Assembly (NCBI GenBank): GCA_039818205.1
Contig: JBCBUK010000007.1
Span: forward strand, 96,001 to 160,000
DNA from: Verrucomicrobiota bacterium
GTDB lineage: Bacteria; Verrucomicrobiota; Verrucomicrobiia; Opitutales; Cerasicoccaceae
DNA length: 64,000 nucleotides
Reading direction: 5' to 3'
Shown: positions 28,896 to 38,068 of the stretch, one piece after another
Layout of the letters: each line of letters begins with the position of its first letter
Position numbering within the stretch: the first letter of the stretch is position 1
Position numbers and translations under genes: made by a program
Notes under the pieces: generated by a model
Told to the model about the DNA's origin: nothing
The model's input: only the letters and a program-made list of their open reading frames with translations
Databases searched by the model: none

Positions 28896-30665
28896 TTAGC
28901 TATGAACGCGGGCGAACTCTTCGTCTTCGTATTCCTGAATGACGTCGACCTGGTGCAGCCAAAGGTTCGCATAGCGACCTTCATTCATGAGCAACTCATC
29001 GTGGGTCCCTTGCTCAAGGATCCCACCCTTCTCTAAGACCACAATCTTGTCAGCCTTGCGAATCGTCGAGAGACGGTGCGCGATCACAATCACAGTCCGT
29101 TCACTCATCAAATTCTCCAGTGCTTGCTGAATCTGGCGTTCGGTTATGGTATCAACGCTCGCAGTGGCCTCGTCCAAAATCACCATCGGCGGGTTCTTCA
29201 AAAGAACGCGGGCAATGGTTAGGCGTTGCTTCTCTCCTTGCGACAGGCGAATGCCCTTCTCTCCAATATTGGTATCGATGCCATCCGGCATATTGACCAC
29301 AAACTCCCAAGCGCTCGCCCCGCGCAGTGCCAATTCGATCTGCTCGTCTGTCGCATCTTCCTTGGCGAGGAGTAAGTTATCTCGCACGCTGCCTTCAAAT
29401 AGGAACGGTTCTTGGGCAACGTGGCCAATCTGCTGATGCAGCTCATGCAGCGAAAAGTTGCAAATATCGACACCATTTATCGTAACGGTTCCTTCGCTTG
29501 TGTCGTAGGCGCGCATAGCGAGGTTCGCAATGGTGCTTTTGCCAGCTCCGGTGTGCCCGACCAGGGCAGTCACTTTTCCCGCTTCGATGGTCAGATTAAA
29601 TTTGTCGAGCACCGCTGGTCGATCTGGATAGCGGAAAATGACATCATCAAAATTGACCTCCAATAAGCCTGTCGGGAATGGCGCAGGCGTCTGCGGATCT
29701 TCGACCTCGATCGGAGAATCCAGAATCTCAAAGACGCGTTCTCCACTCGCCTTTCCGGCCACCAAAAGGTGGTTCAAGCCATGGAGCTGACCAATCGGAA
29801 CGTAGAGCATATTCGCCAGAAACACGAAGGCGACCATCTTGGGAAAGTCGAAATCGCTGGTGCCGCTCAGGATTAAATAGCCACCAATTCCGATCACACT
29901 GACGGTGCCCATGCTCGTTAGAAAGTTTGTCCCAGGGTTGTAAATTGCCCACCGGTACATGGCCCGCAGTGTCCGTTTGCGAAGGTCACCTGCCCGTTCG
30001 AAAAAGCGTCGAATTTCCCGCTCCTGCAAACCAAAGGTCTGAATCAGCCGGTTACCCTGAATGTCTTCCACCAGTAGAGCATTCAGCTCGCCCGACGCTT
30101 CACGCACCTTCTTCCACACCTTGCGACCATGCTTCGCGTAAAAGTAGGCAAACACGAGCAAAACGGGCACGGGAAGAAATACAAACCACGCCAGGAAAGC
30201 ATTCATCTGAAAAAGCATAATGCTCACGCCAATAAGCATCGCTATTGAACGAACGCCGATTTCCGTGCCGTCCAGCAAAGCACGCTCCACGTTGTTTACG
30301 TCCTCGATCACCCGTGAGGAAATCTCACCGCTCTTACGCTGATCGTAAAAGGACACCGGCAGGCGGAGCAATTTCGCGTGGATGTCGCCCCGCATATCCA
30401 TCAAGACCTTTTGTTCCAAGGTATTGTTCAGCAAGATCCGCAGACCATTCGCCACTTCACTTCCAAGATATAGAACAACAATCATGCTCACGCCCATGAT
30501 CAGCTCATCGACTCCGGCTGCGTATTGGACCCCTTCCAGGATACTCTGGATTTGTTTCGGAATCCAAACCTGAAGACCTGTCATGAGCAGCGCCAAGCCG
30601 ATCGTTCCCCAAAAGAGGAGCGGATAGCGAAAGAGATACTTGGAGACGCGCCAGATAACCTTCAT
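28896..30665 (-). CDS. ABC exporter, fused permease/ATPase (MsbA-like family)
   Basis: TM domain followed by GHTGAGKS, LSQGEKQR and ILDEATAS. Confidence 0.92.
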   Translation of the reverse strand: MKVIWRVSKYLFRYPLLFWGTIGLALLMTGLQVWIPKQIQSILEGVQYAAGVDELIMGVSMIVVLYLGSEVANGLRILLNNTLEQKVLMDMRGDIHAKLLRLPVSFYDQRKSGEISSRVIEDVNNVERALLDGTEIGVRSIAMLIGVSIMLFQMNAFLAWFVFLPVPVLLVFAYFYAKHGRKVWKKVREASGELNALLVEDIQGNRLIQTFGLQEREIRRFFERAGDLRKRTLRAMYRWAIYNPGTNFLTSMGTVSVIGIGGYLILSGTSDFDFPKMVAFVFLANMLYVPIGQLHGLNHLLVAGKASGERVFEILDSPIEVEDPQTPAPFPTGLLEVNFDDVIFRYPDRPAVLDKFNLTIEAGKVTALVGHTGAGKSTIANLAMRAYDTSEGTVTINGVDICNFSLHELHQQIGHVAQEPFLFEGSVRDNLLLAKEDATDEQIELALRGASAWEFVVNMPDGIDTNIGEKGIRLSQGEKQRLTIARVLLKNPPMVILDEATASVDTITERQIQQALENLMSERTVIVIAHRLSTIRKADKIVVLEKGGILEQGTHDELLMNEGRYANLWLHQVDVIQEYEDEEFARVHS

Positions 30666-30840
30666 GCGCAAAACTGTGCCATTGCTTTGGGGGAAGAGCA
30701 AGTAAGCGAACGAAATATTCCGGAACCGGAATCCCCCGCGAGCCGCCCCTGAGAGCAAAAGAAAAACTTATTTCGGCAACGCTCTGAAACGCAAGAAATC
30801 TAAATAATACACCCCATTCAATAAATAGGGAAAAGTCCGC

Positions 30841-30869
30841 TTGCCATCATTTTTAACATTTCTTATAAA
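30841..30869 (+). promoter_or_regulatory. Sigma70-like promoter, probably giving a leaderless transcript
   Basis: TTGCCA-N17-TATAAA, ending 8 nt before the ATG at 30878. Confidence 0.55.
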
Positions 30870-30877
30870 AGCCTCCA

Positions 30878-31606
30878 ATGAAACTGCTCAATTCTGTTAC
30901 CGTTTTCATTTTCGCAGCGGGCTCAGCATCAGCTGCTTTTATCAACTACAGCAACGGCGTAACCAATACCTCTAATTCAAGTGGACCAGCGTGGGTTGGC
31001 GGCTCCGCAATGTTCCTTGAAATCATTAATGACTACGGCGGCAGCCCACTCGGGCCCAGCGGCGGATCAGGTGACAGCCAGGACGGCTTTAATCTGTTCG
31101 ATCCAGGCGGCGGTGGCCTCGACATCACCCTGCTCTCGTGGGAGCTTGGCAGCATGACACTTTACCAGGGCGCTGGCACTCAGACGCAGTCGCCCGGTCC
31201 AGCAACCCCAGGGTTTGAAGACTACCGCTATGACGACCAGGGAGGCGTAGCGCCAAGCAACCTTTCATTTTCCTACAACGGTACGTTGTGGGCGACTGGC
31301 TACGTGACCCAGTTCGTCACCGAGGTTGCAAACAATGTGGACCCATCTGCGACCGGCTCGGGAACTGCCGTATTGACGGCGCACACCGTAGCGGGGGAAG
31401 ACTTCTTCAATGAAGTCAATTCACTGAGCGGAGGCACCAATATCATTACCTACACGGCAAGCAGTTTTTCTCCAGTTTCTGCCACGGATCCTGGAACTTT
31501 TGCCAGTGCCGGCCAGCTTATCATCGTCCCTGAACCGCAAACTTACGGCCTGATCGTCGGCACGCTTGTGCTCGGCCTCGCCTACATCCGCCGTCGAAAC
31601 GCGTAA
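30878..31606 (+). CDS. PEP-CTERM surface protein
   Basis: Signal peptide; C-terminal VPEP + TM helix + RRR. Confidence 0.9.
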   Translation: MKLLNSVTVFIFAAGSASAAFINYSNGVTNTSNSSGPAWVGGSAMFLEIINDYGGSPLGPSGGSGDSQDGFNLFDPGGGGLDITLLSWELGSMTLYQGAGTQTQSPGPATPGFEDYRYDDQGGVAPSNLSFSYNGTLWATGYVTQFVTEVANNVDPSATGSGTAVLTAHTVAGEDFFNEVNSLSGGTNIITYTASSFSPVSATDPGTFASAGQLIIVPEPQTYGLIVGTLVLGLAYIRRRNA

Positions 31607-31632
31607 GCCTCACGGGACAAATCAAGATTTCT

Positions 31633-31659
31633 AAAGGGCCTCTTCAGGGCCCTTTTTTT
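31633..31659. terminator. Probable bidirectional terminator
   Basis: AAAGGGCC...GGCCCTTTTTTT between convergent genes. Confidence 0.75.
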
Positions 31660-34600
31660 ATGCGCTAGCTCCAGCGGCCTCTAACTCAATCTCGTCGTCA
31701 CCATCGGAGACGAGCTCGTCCCCCTTACGATTAAAGCGCATCGAGACCAGCTTGGTAACACCCCGCTCTTGCATCGTGACACCGTAGATGGAATTAGCAG
31801 TCGAGACCGTGCGCTTGTTGTGGGTCACGATCAGGAACTGCGAATACTTCACGAACTCCTGCACCATGCCCGTAAACCGGCCGATGTTGACGTCGTCCAG
31901 CGGCGCATCCAGCTCGTCCAGGACCGCGAACGGGCTCGGCTTGACCATGTAGATTGCAAACAATAGTGCCACCGCAGTCATCGTCCGTTGCCCACCCGAA
32001 AGCAAGGAAAGGCTCTTGAGTTTCGTGCCTGGAGGACGTGCGGTAATTTCGATCCCGGAGTCCAAAACGTCTTCCGCCTCGACCAACGCAAGATCGGCCT
32101 TACCGCCACCAAAGAGCTTCTCGAAGGTGAAAATGAAATTCTTGCGGATCTGGGCAAAAGTATCTTGGAACAACTTCTGCGAGGTCTCATTGATCTCGTC
32201 GATCGCCTTGAGTAGCTCTTCCTTGGCACGCCATAAATCGTCACTCTGGGATTTCAAGAAACCAAAGCGTTCGCTCAGCTCGGCATATTCCTCAATCGCC
32301 ACCAAATTGACCGCCCCCAGGCTATTGATACGACCACGAAGGTATTTGACCTCTTTCTCAATCTCCGGCCAATCGGTCTCATCCATGGCGGCAAGGTCTT
32401 CTTCGGTTGGATCGCCTCGGTCGTTCTTCGCCCGAGGCTTAATTTCTCCATCGTCCTCTTCGCCCAGATCGTCGAGTTTGATCTTGGTTTCAAACTCTTC
32501 GTCCGCGAGCCAAAGCTGCCGCTTCCAATCAACCGTGTTGATCTCCAGCTCATACTCGCTCATGACCTTCTCGACGATGAAGTTCGACTGCGAACGCTCT
32601 TCAGCAAGTTTCACTTCAAACTGATTCAGCTGCGTCTCCTGGTCGCGTTGCGTGGACCGTTGCACACCAAGGTGATTTTCGGCTTCGGCAATCTGCTTCT
32701 CCAAGGCACCCGCCTTTTCACGAAGCGTCGCTAATGTTTGCCCGGTAGACTGAAGAGTCTTTTCGAGCTCACCCGCTCGCTCTTTGTTTTGAACAATGTC
32801 GTTCTCTAGCGATGCCAGCTGTTCGGTCAGGGTATCAATCTCCTGACGGCGGCGCAAAATACGGGTATTGATCTCGTTGCGCTGGCTTTCGGCATCCCGC
32901 AGCCCTTGCTCGTAAAGTTCAAGCCGTTGCTTTTTCTCGGCAAGGTCCAGTCGGACCTCCGCCAAGCCATCTTTGTGGGCATCACGCTCCAATAACAACT
33001 TCTTAATCGCCTCTTCTAAAGTCGAAATCATCTCGCGCCCCGAAGTAATTTTCTTCTCGGCATCTTCCATATCCTCGCGCGCCTTGTTTAGGCGTTCCTC
33101 GGCACTATGGCGACTGCCTTCCAACTCTTCTAATTGCTTCTCCTGGCGCCCCACATTCGACTGCGTTTCCTGCAGCGATTGCTGCGCCGTACGGGCATCA
33201 GCCTTCAAACTGGACAACTCCGATGCGATCTCCTGTTGGCGCTGACGTTTCTCTTCCACGGTCTGTTCCGCCGTATCCATATCCGCTGAAAGCTGCAGCG
33301 CCTTCTCATTGAGCTGCGTCAACTTCTCGTTGTCGTGTTCGAGCTGAGATTTCAGTTTTCGGATTTGGTTGTCTCGCTGAAGGAAGGTATCGTCTTTACC
33401 TTTTTTGTTGTAACCGCCAAAGACCAAGCCACGGTGGTCCACCAGCTCATTGTTTGCGGTCGCAACAAACAGGAATTTGAACGCCGGGTTCTCCTTCCAA
33501 TACTCTAGGAATTGCCCGAGATCCGGCACAAAGAAACAGCCTTGGAAGAAGTTCTTCACCAAGTCGGCGAACTCGGGCTTCTTCGGTTTCACGACAGTTT
33601 CCGCCCGAGTAATCCAATCGGGAAGCGGTGAATTCTCGTAGACATCGGTCGGCATCCCGACCTGCAAGCACGCACGGCCAATTCGATGTTCCTCGAGGTG
33701 CTTCACGATCGGCAAGGCGAAATCATAATGGTCGAGGTAGATCGATTCAATTGCATTGCTCAGCAAAGTTTCCAACGAAATCGTGAACTCCTCCCGAACT
33801 TCGAGCGCCCCCGAAAGCGGACGGAAATTTTCCTGCGGAACGACTTCGCCAAGCTTCCCTTGCAGAATGGCTTTTGCTCCCGCTGAAAATCCCTCAAATC
33901 GTTGCTGCAACCCTTCGAGAGTAGAGAGCTGCGCCTGCTGCCGAGCCACTTCCCGGTCACAATCCGAAATATCTTTCTGCAATGTCTTGAACTCGTCGCG
34001 CAAACGCACGGTCTCTGCCCGGGCTGACTCTACCGCCTCGCCTGCACCCGCATATGCTTGCTCCTGCCGTGACTGGGCTGAGGCAATGTCCGCCACCCGC
34101 TGCTCAAGCACCGTTTTTTGGTCTTTCAGCTCATGCAGAGTATCCCCCAATCCCGCATGCTTGACTTGGTAGGACTTGAGGTCGACTTCCAAAGTCGTGC
34201 ATTGCTGGCGAAGTCGGGTGATGGCACCTTCGCGAACCAGTAACTCCTGTTTGGATTGTCCCAATTCCCGCTCGTTGCGGTTGAGGTTCCCCAAGATCGT
34301 TTGAAACTCTTCGTTCTTGCCTCGGAAAATTTCATCGGAGGAATCAACCAACGTTTGCGCCTCAGCCTTACTCTCGGCCGCCGTCTTAGCCTTTGTCGCC
34401 AACTCCTCGATCTGCTTTTCCAGCGAGACCACCTCTTCTTTCAGGTTCTCGATACGCTCCGCGACGTCTTTCTCACGAATAGCAGCAAATTCCGCCTGAC
34501 TTTCAGCGTTTTCCTTCTCGCTGCGCAGATCAAAGACAGTCTGCTGAGTCTCCTGCAGGGATGCATTCACGTCGCCTCGTTCGGCGCGGCGCCGTTCGAG

Positions 34601-35404
34601 CGATGACTCGGCCTCTTTCAATTTACCCTCAGCCTGCTCAACAATCACCCGTAGACCGCCTGCCCGTTCTTCGAGGTCGGCAATCACTGAGGCCCGTTTC
34701 GCATAAAAATGCGCGTTATACGCCAGATCCAAGTGAGTTAGGCGGTGCTTGAATCGTTGGTAGCGTAAGGCTTTCGAAGCCTGGCGTTTCAATGAGCCGA
34801 TTTGGCGCGAAACCTCATCAATGACATCAGTGACTCGTGAAAGGTTCTGGTCGACCAATGCCAGCTTGTTCAGCGCTTCTTTGCGATCGGCTTTGTATTT
34901 GGTGATACCCGCCGCTTCCTCAAAGATAGTCCGCCGTTCCTGTGGATTTGAGGACAGAATTTGGTCGATCTGCCCCTGCATCATGAATGAATATGAAGCG
35001 CGCCCAACCCCAGTATCCATGAATAGATTATGGATATCACGCAGGCGACAACGTTTCCCGTTCAGAAAATAATCACTACCTCCCTCCCGGTCGACCTTGC
35101 GGGTGATCTCAACCTCATTGAAATTGGTGCCGAGCTCAGCTTCACAGTCAGTAAAAGTCAACGACACCTCACAGGATGAAAGCGGCTTGCGCTTATCGGT
35201 GCCTTGGAAAATGACGTCGTGCATCTTTGATCCACGCAGAGCCTTCGCACTTTGCTCGCCCAAAACCCAGCGAATCGCATCGACGATGTTACTCTTTCCA
35301 CATCCATTTGGCCCGACTATACACGTTACCCCAGGATCCAACCGAACCGTCGTTCGGTCCGCGAAGCTTTTGAAGCCGTTGATAACGATTTCCTTTAGAA
35401 ACAT
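31658..35404 (-). CDS. smc: Chromosome segregation protein SMC
   Basis: 'GFKSFAD', 'GPNGCGKSN', coiled coils with a hinge, 'LSGGQR', 'LDELDAPLD'. Confidence 0.97.
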   Translation of the reverse strand: MFLKEIVINGFKSFADRTTVRLDPGVTCIVGPNGCGKSNIVDAIRWVLGEQSAKALRGSKMHDVIFQGTDKRKPLSSCEVSLTFTDCEAELGTNFNEVEITRKVDREGGSDYFLNGKRCRLRDIHNLFMDTGVGRASYSFMMQGQIDQILSSNPQERRTIFEEAAGITKYKADRKEALNKLALVDQNLSRVTDVIDEVSRQIGSLKRQASKALRYQRFKHRLTHLDLAYNAHFYAKRASVIADLEERAGGLRVIVEQAEGKLKEAESSLERRRAERGDVNASLQETQQTVFDLRSEKENAESQAEFAAIREKDVAERIENLKEEVVSLEKQIEELATKAKTAAESKAEAQTLVDSSDEIFRGKNEEFQTILGNLNRNERELGQSKQELLVREGAITRLRQQCTTLEVDLKSYQVKHAGLGDTLHELKDQKTVLEQRVADIASAQSRQEQAYAGAGEAVESARAETVRLRDEFKTLQKDISDCDREVARQQAQLSTLEGLQQRFEGFSAGAKAILQGKLGEVVPQENFRPLSGALEVREEFTISLETLLSNAIESIYLDHYDFALPIVKHLEEHRIGRACLQVGMPTDVYENSPLPDWITRAETVVKPKKPEFADLVKNFFQGCFFVPDLGQFLEYWKENPAFKFLFVATANNELVDHRGLVFGGYNKKGKDDTFLQRDNQIRKLKSQLEHDNEKLTQLNEKALQLSADMDTAEQTVEEKRQRQQEIASELSSLKADARTAQQSLQETQSNVGRQEKQLEELEGSRHSAEERLNKAREDMEDAEKKITSGREMISTLEEAIKKLLLERDAHKDGLAEVRLDLAEKKQRLELYEQGLRDAESQRNEINTRILRRRQEIDTLTEQLASLENDIVQNKERAGELEKTLQSTGQTLATLREKAGALEKQIAEAENHLGVQRSTQRDQETQLNQFEVKLAEERSQSNFIVEKVMSEYELEINTVDWKRQLWLADEEFETKIKLDDLGEEDDGEIKPRAKNDRGDPTEEDLAAMDETDWPEIEKEVKYLRGRINSLGAVNLVAIEEYAELSERFGFLKSQSDDLWRAKEELLKAIDEINETSQKLFQDTFAQIRKNFIFTFEKLFGGGKADLALVEAEDVLDSGIEITARPPGTKLKSLSLLSGGQRTMTAVALLFAIYMVKPSPFAVLDELDAPLDDVNIGRFTGMVQEFVKYSQFLIVTHNKRTVSTANSIYGVTMQERGVTKLVSMRFNRKGDELVSDGDDEIELEAAGASA

Positions 35405-35560
35405 GGGCAATGAAACAGGTCAAATCTGGGGGAGGCCTTCTGCGTGAAGGGCATTAACTAAAGCCTGCCAAAATTAGTCTCCCCGATGGCGGCGGCAATG
35501 AAATTCTCAAGACATGAATTGATTTAGCAAGAATCCAAGAATTCTTGACATTTCTTGTAA

Positions 35561-35585
35561 GAAACAAGGGCCGGGCGGCTTCTAA
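35561..35585 (+). promoter_or_regulatory. Possible ECF-type autoregulatory promoter
   Basis: GAAAC-N15-TCTAA, 21 nt upstream of the ECF sigma start. Confidence 0.35.
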
Positions 35586-35606
35586 TTGTGTATAAATCAA
35601 ACACCA

Positions 35607-36113
35607 ATGAAAGCGCCTGAGCAGGAAATAATCTTCAACCAATGGGTCGAGCAACATTACCCAATGCTGCACAAGGTCGCTTTGAGCTTTGGCCAAGGTG
35701 CCGATCGCGATGATCTGATCCAGGAGATGCTCATCAACCTTTGGAAGTCGGTGCCCGCCTACCGAGGCGAATCCGCGGAAAGCACCTACATCTACCGTGT
35801 CGTCCACTGGACCGCCTTGACCTGGATTCGCGGAGAAAAACGCCGGACCCAAAGGCTGGAGCAAGCCGCAAAAGAAACGCGATTGGAAAGCAGGCGTCCC
35901 CGAGTCAACAACCGGCTCGAGCTCCTATTCGAGTCGATTCAGAATCTACCTGCGGTGGACCGGTCGATAATAACGATGGCCTTGGACGGCCTCACTCATG
36001 CCGACATCGGCGAGGTCATCGGGTCTACCGAAAACGCAATTTCCGTTCGGATCCATCGGATCCGACAGCAACTCAACCTAGAGATTCAACACTCAATGGA
36101 GACAAACTCATGA
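35607..36113 (+). CDS. ECF RNA polymerase sigma factor
   Basis: 'DDLIQEMLINLWKS', 'STYIYRV', region 4 'LTHADIGEVIGSTENAISVRIHR'. Confidence 0.9.
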   Translation: MKAPEQEIIFNQWVEQHYPMLHKVALSFGQGADRDDLIQEMLINLWKSVPAYRGESAESTYIYRVVHWTALTWIRGEKRRTQRLEQAAKETRLESRRPRVNNRLELLFESIQNLPAVDRSIITMALDGLTHADIGEVIGSTENAISVRIHRIRQQLNLEIQHSMETNS

Positions 36114-36691
36114 AATCGAATGAATTGGACACTCTTTGGCAGTCCTTGAGATCTACCGAGCCTGCAAATCAAGAAACCATTAAAAAACTAGTTTCTAGTG
36201 AGCAGAAGAAACACCGCTGGTCCTTGTTGATCCTCGCCAACATGGGGCTCAACCTATTGGCCTTCAGTACCTTACTTATTTGGGCGCTTGCGACTGAACG
36301 TTCAGCAATCTCCCAGGCCTGGCCCGCTCTGCTCACCTTGCTCGTTCTCTGGGCCACCTACTCGGAAATCGTACGGTACCGTATTGTAAATCGCTCTTTC
36401 TATCAGGAAAGCATTCGATCCGTTCTCAGGGTTTCGCTTAGTCGGGTTGAAGGCGCTCTGCGCGAAACCAAGATCCTGCAAATGGTGACTGTTATTGCCA
36501 TAATACCATTGGTTTTAATCAGCCTATCATTCCTACTAGATGCAGATTTGATGAGCGCCCGAGAAGGGTTGAGCTTTGCGCTGTTCAGTGCGTCAATTTT
36601 AGCAATTAACTTATTTACAATAAGCTACTTGCGCACTCGAAAGCTAATACCAAAGTTGAAGCTACTCAAGAACCGCCTAGATTCGATCTAG
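36110..36691 (+). CDS. Four-TM membrane protein, probable anti-sigma partner
   Basis: ATGA overlap with the sigma gene; 'ELDTLWQS' N-terminus; four hydrophobic helices. Confidence 0.75.
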   Translation: MKSNELDTLWQSLRSTEPANQETIKKLVSSEQKKHRWSLLILANMGLNLLAFSTLLIWALATERSAISQAWPALLTLLVLWATYSEIVRYRIVNRSFYQESIRSVLRVSLSRVEGALRETKILQMVTVIAIIPLVLISLSFLLDADLMSAREGLSFALFSASILAINLFTISYLRTRKLIPKLKLLKNRLDSI

Positions 36692-36699
36692 GCTGCCAA

Positions 36700-37302
36700 T
36701 CACTTACTGTTTGCGCGACTAACCATCGCTTCAACAGCCGTTTCTATCCGCTTTAGGTTTATCAGATAAGGCTCGATGTAATTATCGACAAAGTACAGAT
36801 CATGTTTGGCTTGAGTACCCGCGGGCCCCCTGGAACTGGCTTTAGGGCGAAGGTCTCGTCGGTGGTTCTCCATCCGAAACTCCATTTCTTCAATCTGTCC
36901 CGAAAGATTGAAGATGGTCGCCTCATCTATTGCCTTACGATACTGATTATAAACTTTCCACTCGGAAACGCTGTATTCTCGGCTTCCGTGTGCGAGTCTC
37001 AAATTCTCCGGAAAATTCCTCTTCACACGGTCAAATTTTTCCTTCAAAAAGCGCAACTCACGTTGGATATTATAAACATACTGCTGGTCATCCTCGCTAA
37101 ATCGACTGACTGGAACTGTGTATATCATCGGCTTGCCGGCCAAGTCTTTTGTGGTTTCACTCTCAACAACCACACTATCCTCCTGAATATCAATAAGTTT
37201 TGCCTGAATCGTGCGCCCGTCATTGGCGGTCCAGGTTCTGAAATCAAATGCATTAGCATTCAACGCTAAGCCCAGCACTAAAATTAATACAATCCTCTTC
37301 AT
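36700..37302 (-). CDS. Exported protein with SHD1-like N-terminal domain
   Basis: 'FRTWTANDGRTIQAKL...VPVSRFSEDDQQYV'. Confidence 0.8.
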   Translation of the reverse strand: MKRIVLILVLGLALNANAFDFRTWTANDGRTIQAKLIDIQEDSVVVESETTKDLAGKPMIYTVPVSRFSEDDQQYVYNIQRELRFLKEKFDRVKRNFPENLRLAHGSREYSVSEWKVYNQYRKAIDEATIFNLSGQIEEMEFRMENHRRDLRPKASSRGPAGTQAKHDLYFVDNYIEPYLINLKRIETAVEAMVSRANSK

Positions 37303-37377
37303 TATCCGTCGTTTTAACACAAATCGGTCCGTGTTTCCAATACAATAAAAACAACATGTGTCCGCATTCGCTGCGTA

Positions 37378-38001
37378 CTATTCGATCGATCCTTGAACCG
37401 TCGAATCCAGCTCCTTCAGTTTTTCGATATAGGGAATAAAAAACTCTTGGATCCAGTAGCGATTGTGCATGAGCTGAACAGTTGATTTACTGAGAATCTC
37501 TGTCTTTGGCTTGTAGGCCTCCGCATAACTTGCCGCTTTGCTTTCGAGGATCTCGATATCATAGGAGAAACCAAAAAGGTCGAGATTCTCGGCTAAACCT
37601 TGATATTCGTTGTAGATTGCGTCGCTGACGAAGAAAGGTGCCCGCTGGATGTCCCTCCCTTCATAGTTATGGGAGCTTCGGAATTTGTAGAACTTCCGGA
37701 CATTGGGAGGAAACTTCTTCTTCAGCGCATCAAAGTCCTCCTGAACCGCGATCAGCTGCTCCCGAAGTGCCTCGACATAAGCGACATCCGCCTCGCTAAA
37801 GCGCGTTATAGGCAACTCGTATTGCCGTGGATTTCCCGCGAGATCCACATCGTTTTCGCGCACAACAACGACTTTTTCATCATCCAGCCGAACCACCTTT
37901 GCGGTGATTGTACGCCCATCAACGTCCTCCCAGACGCGAAAATCGTGCGCATGGGCGTTAACACAAAATGCAAATACCAGTAATGATACAACTCTCCTCA
38001 T
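37378..38001 (-). CDS. Exported protein with SHD1-like N-terminal domain (tandem paralog)
   Basis: 'FRVWEDVDGRTITAKV...LPITRFSEADVAYV'. Confidence 0.8.
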   Translation of the reverse strand: MRRVVSLLVFAFCVNAHAHDFRVWEDVDGRTITAKVVRLDDEKVVVVRENDVDLAGNPRQYELPITRFSEADVAYVEALREQLIAVQEDFDALKKKFPPNVRKFYKFRSSHNYEGRDIQRAPFFVSDAIYNEYQGLAENLDLFGFSYDIEILESKAASYAEAYKPKTEILSKSTVQLMHNRYWIQEFFIPYIEKLKELDSTVQGSIE

Positions 38002-38068
38002 CGTAACCCTTCGTAGCACGCAACGCGTACTTGTTCCATCAAATTAGCAGAAATAGCAAAAGAGATGC

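Noticed and set aside
35741..36109. 316-aa ORF overlapping the ECF sigma gene in another frame
   Set aside because: The upstream part is an R/P-rich shadow frame; the credible gene starts at the ATGA overlap at 36110.
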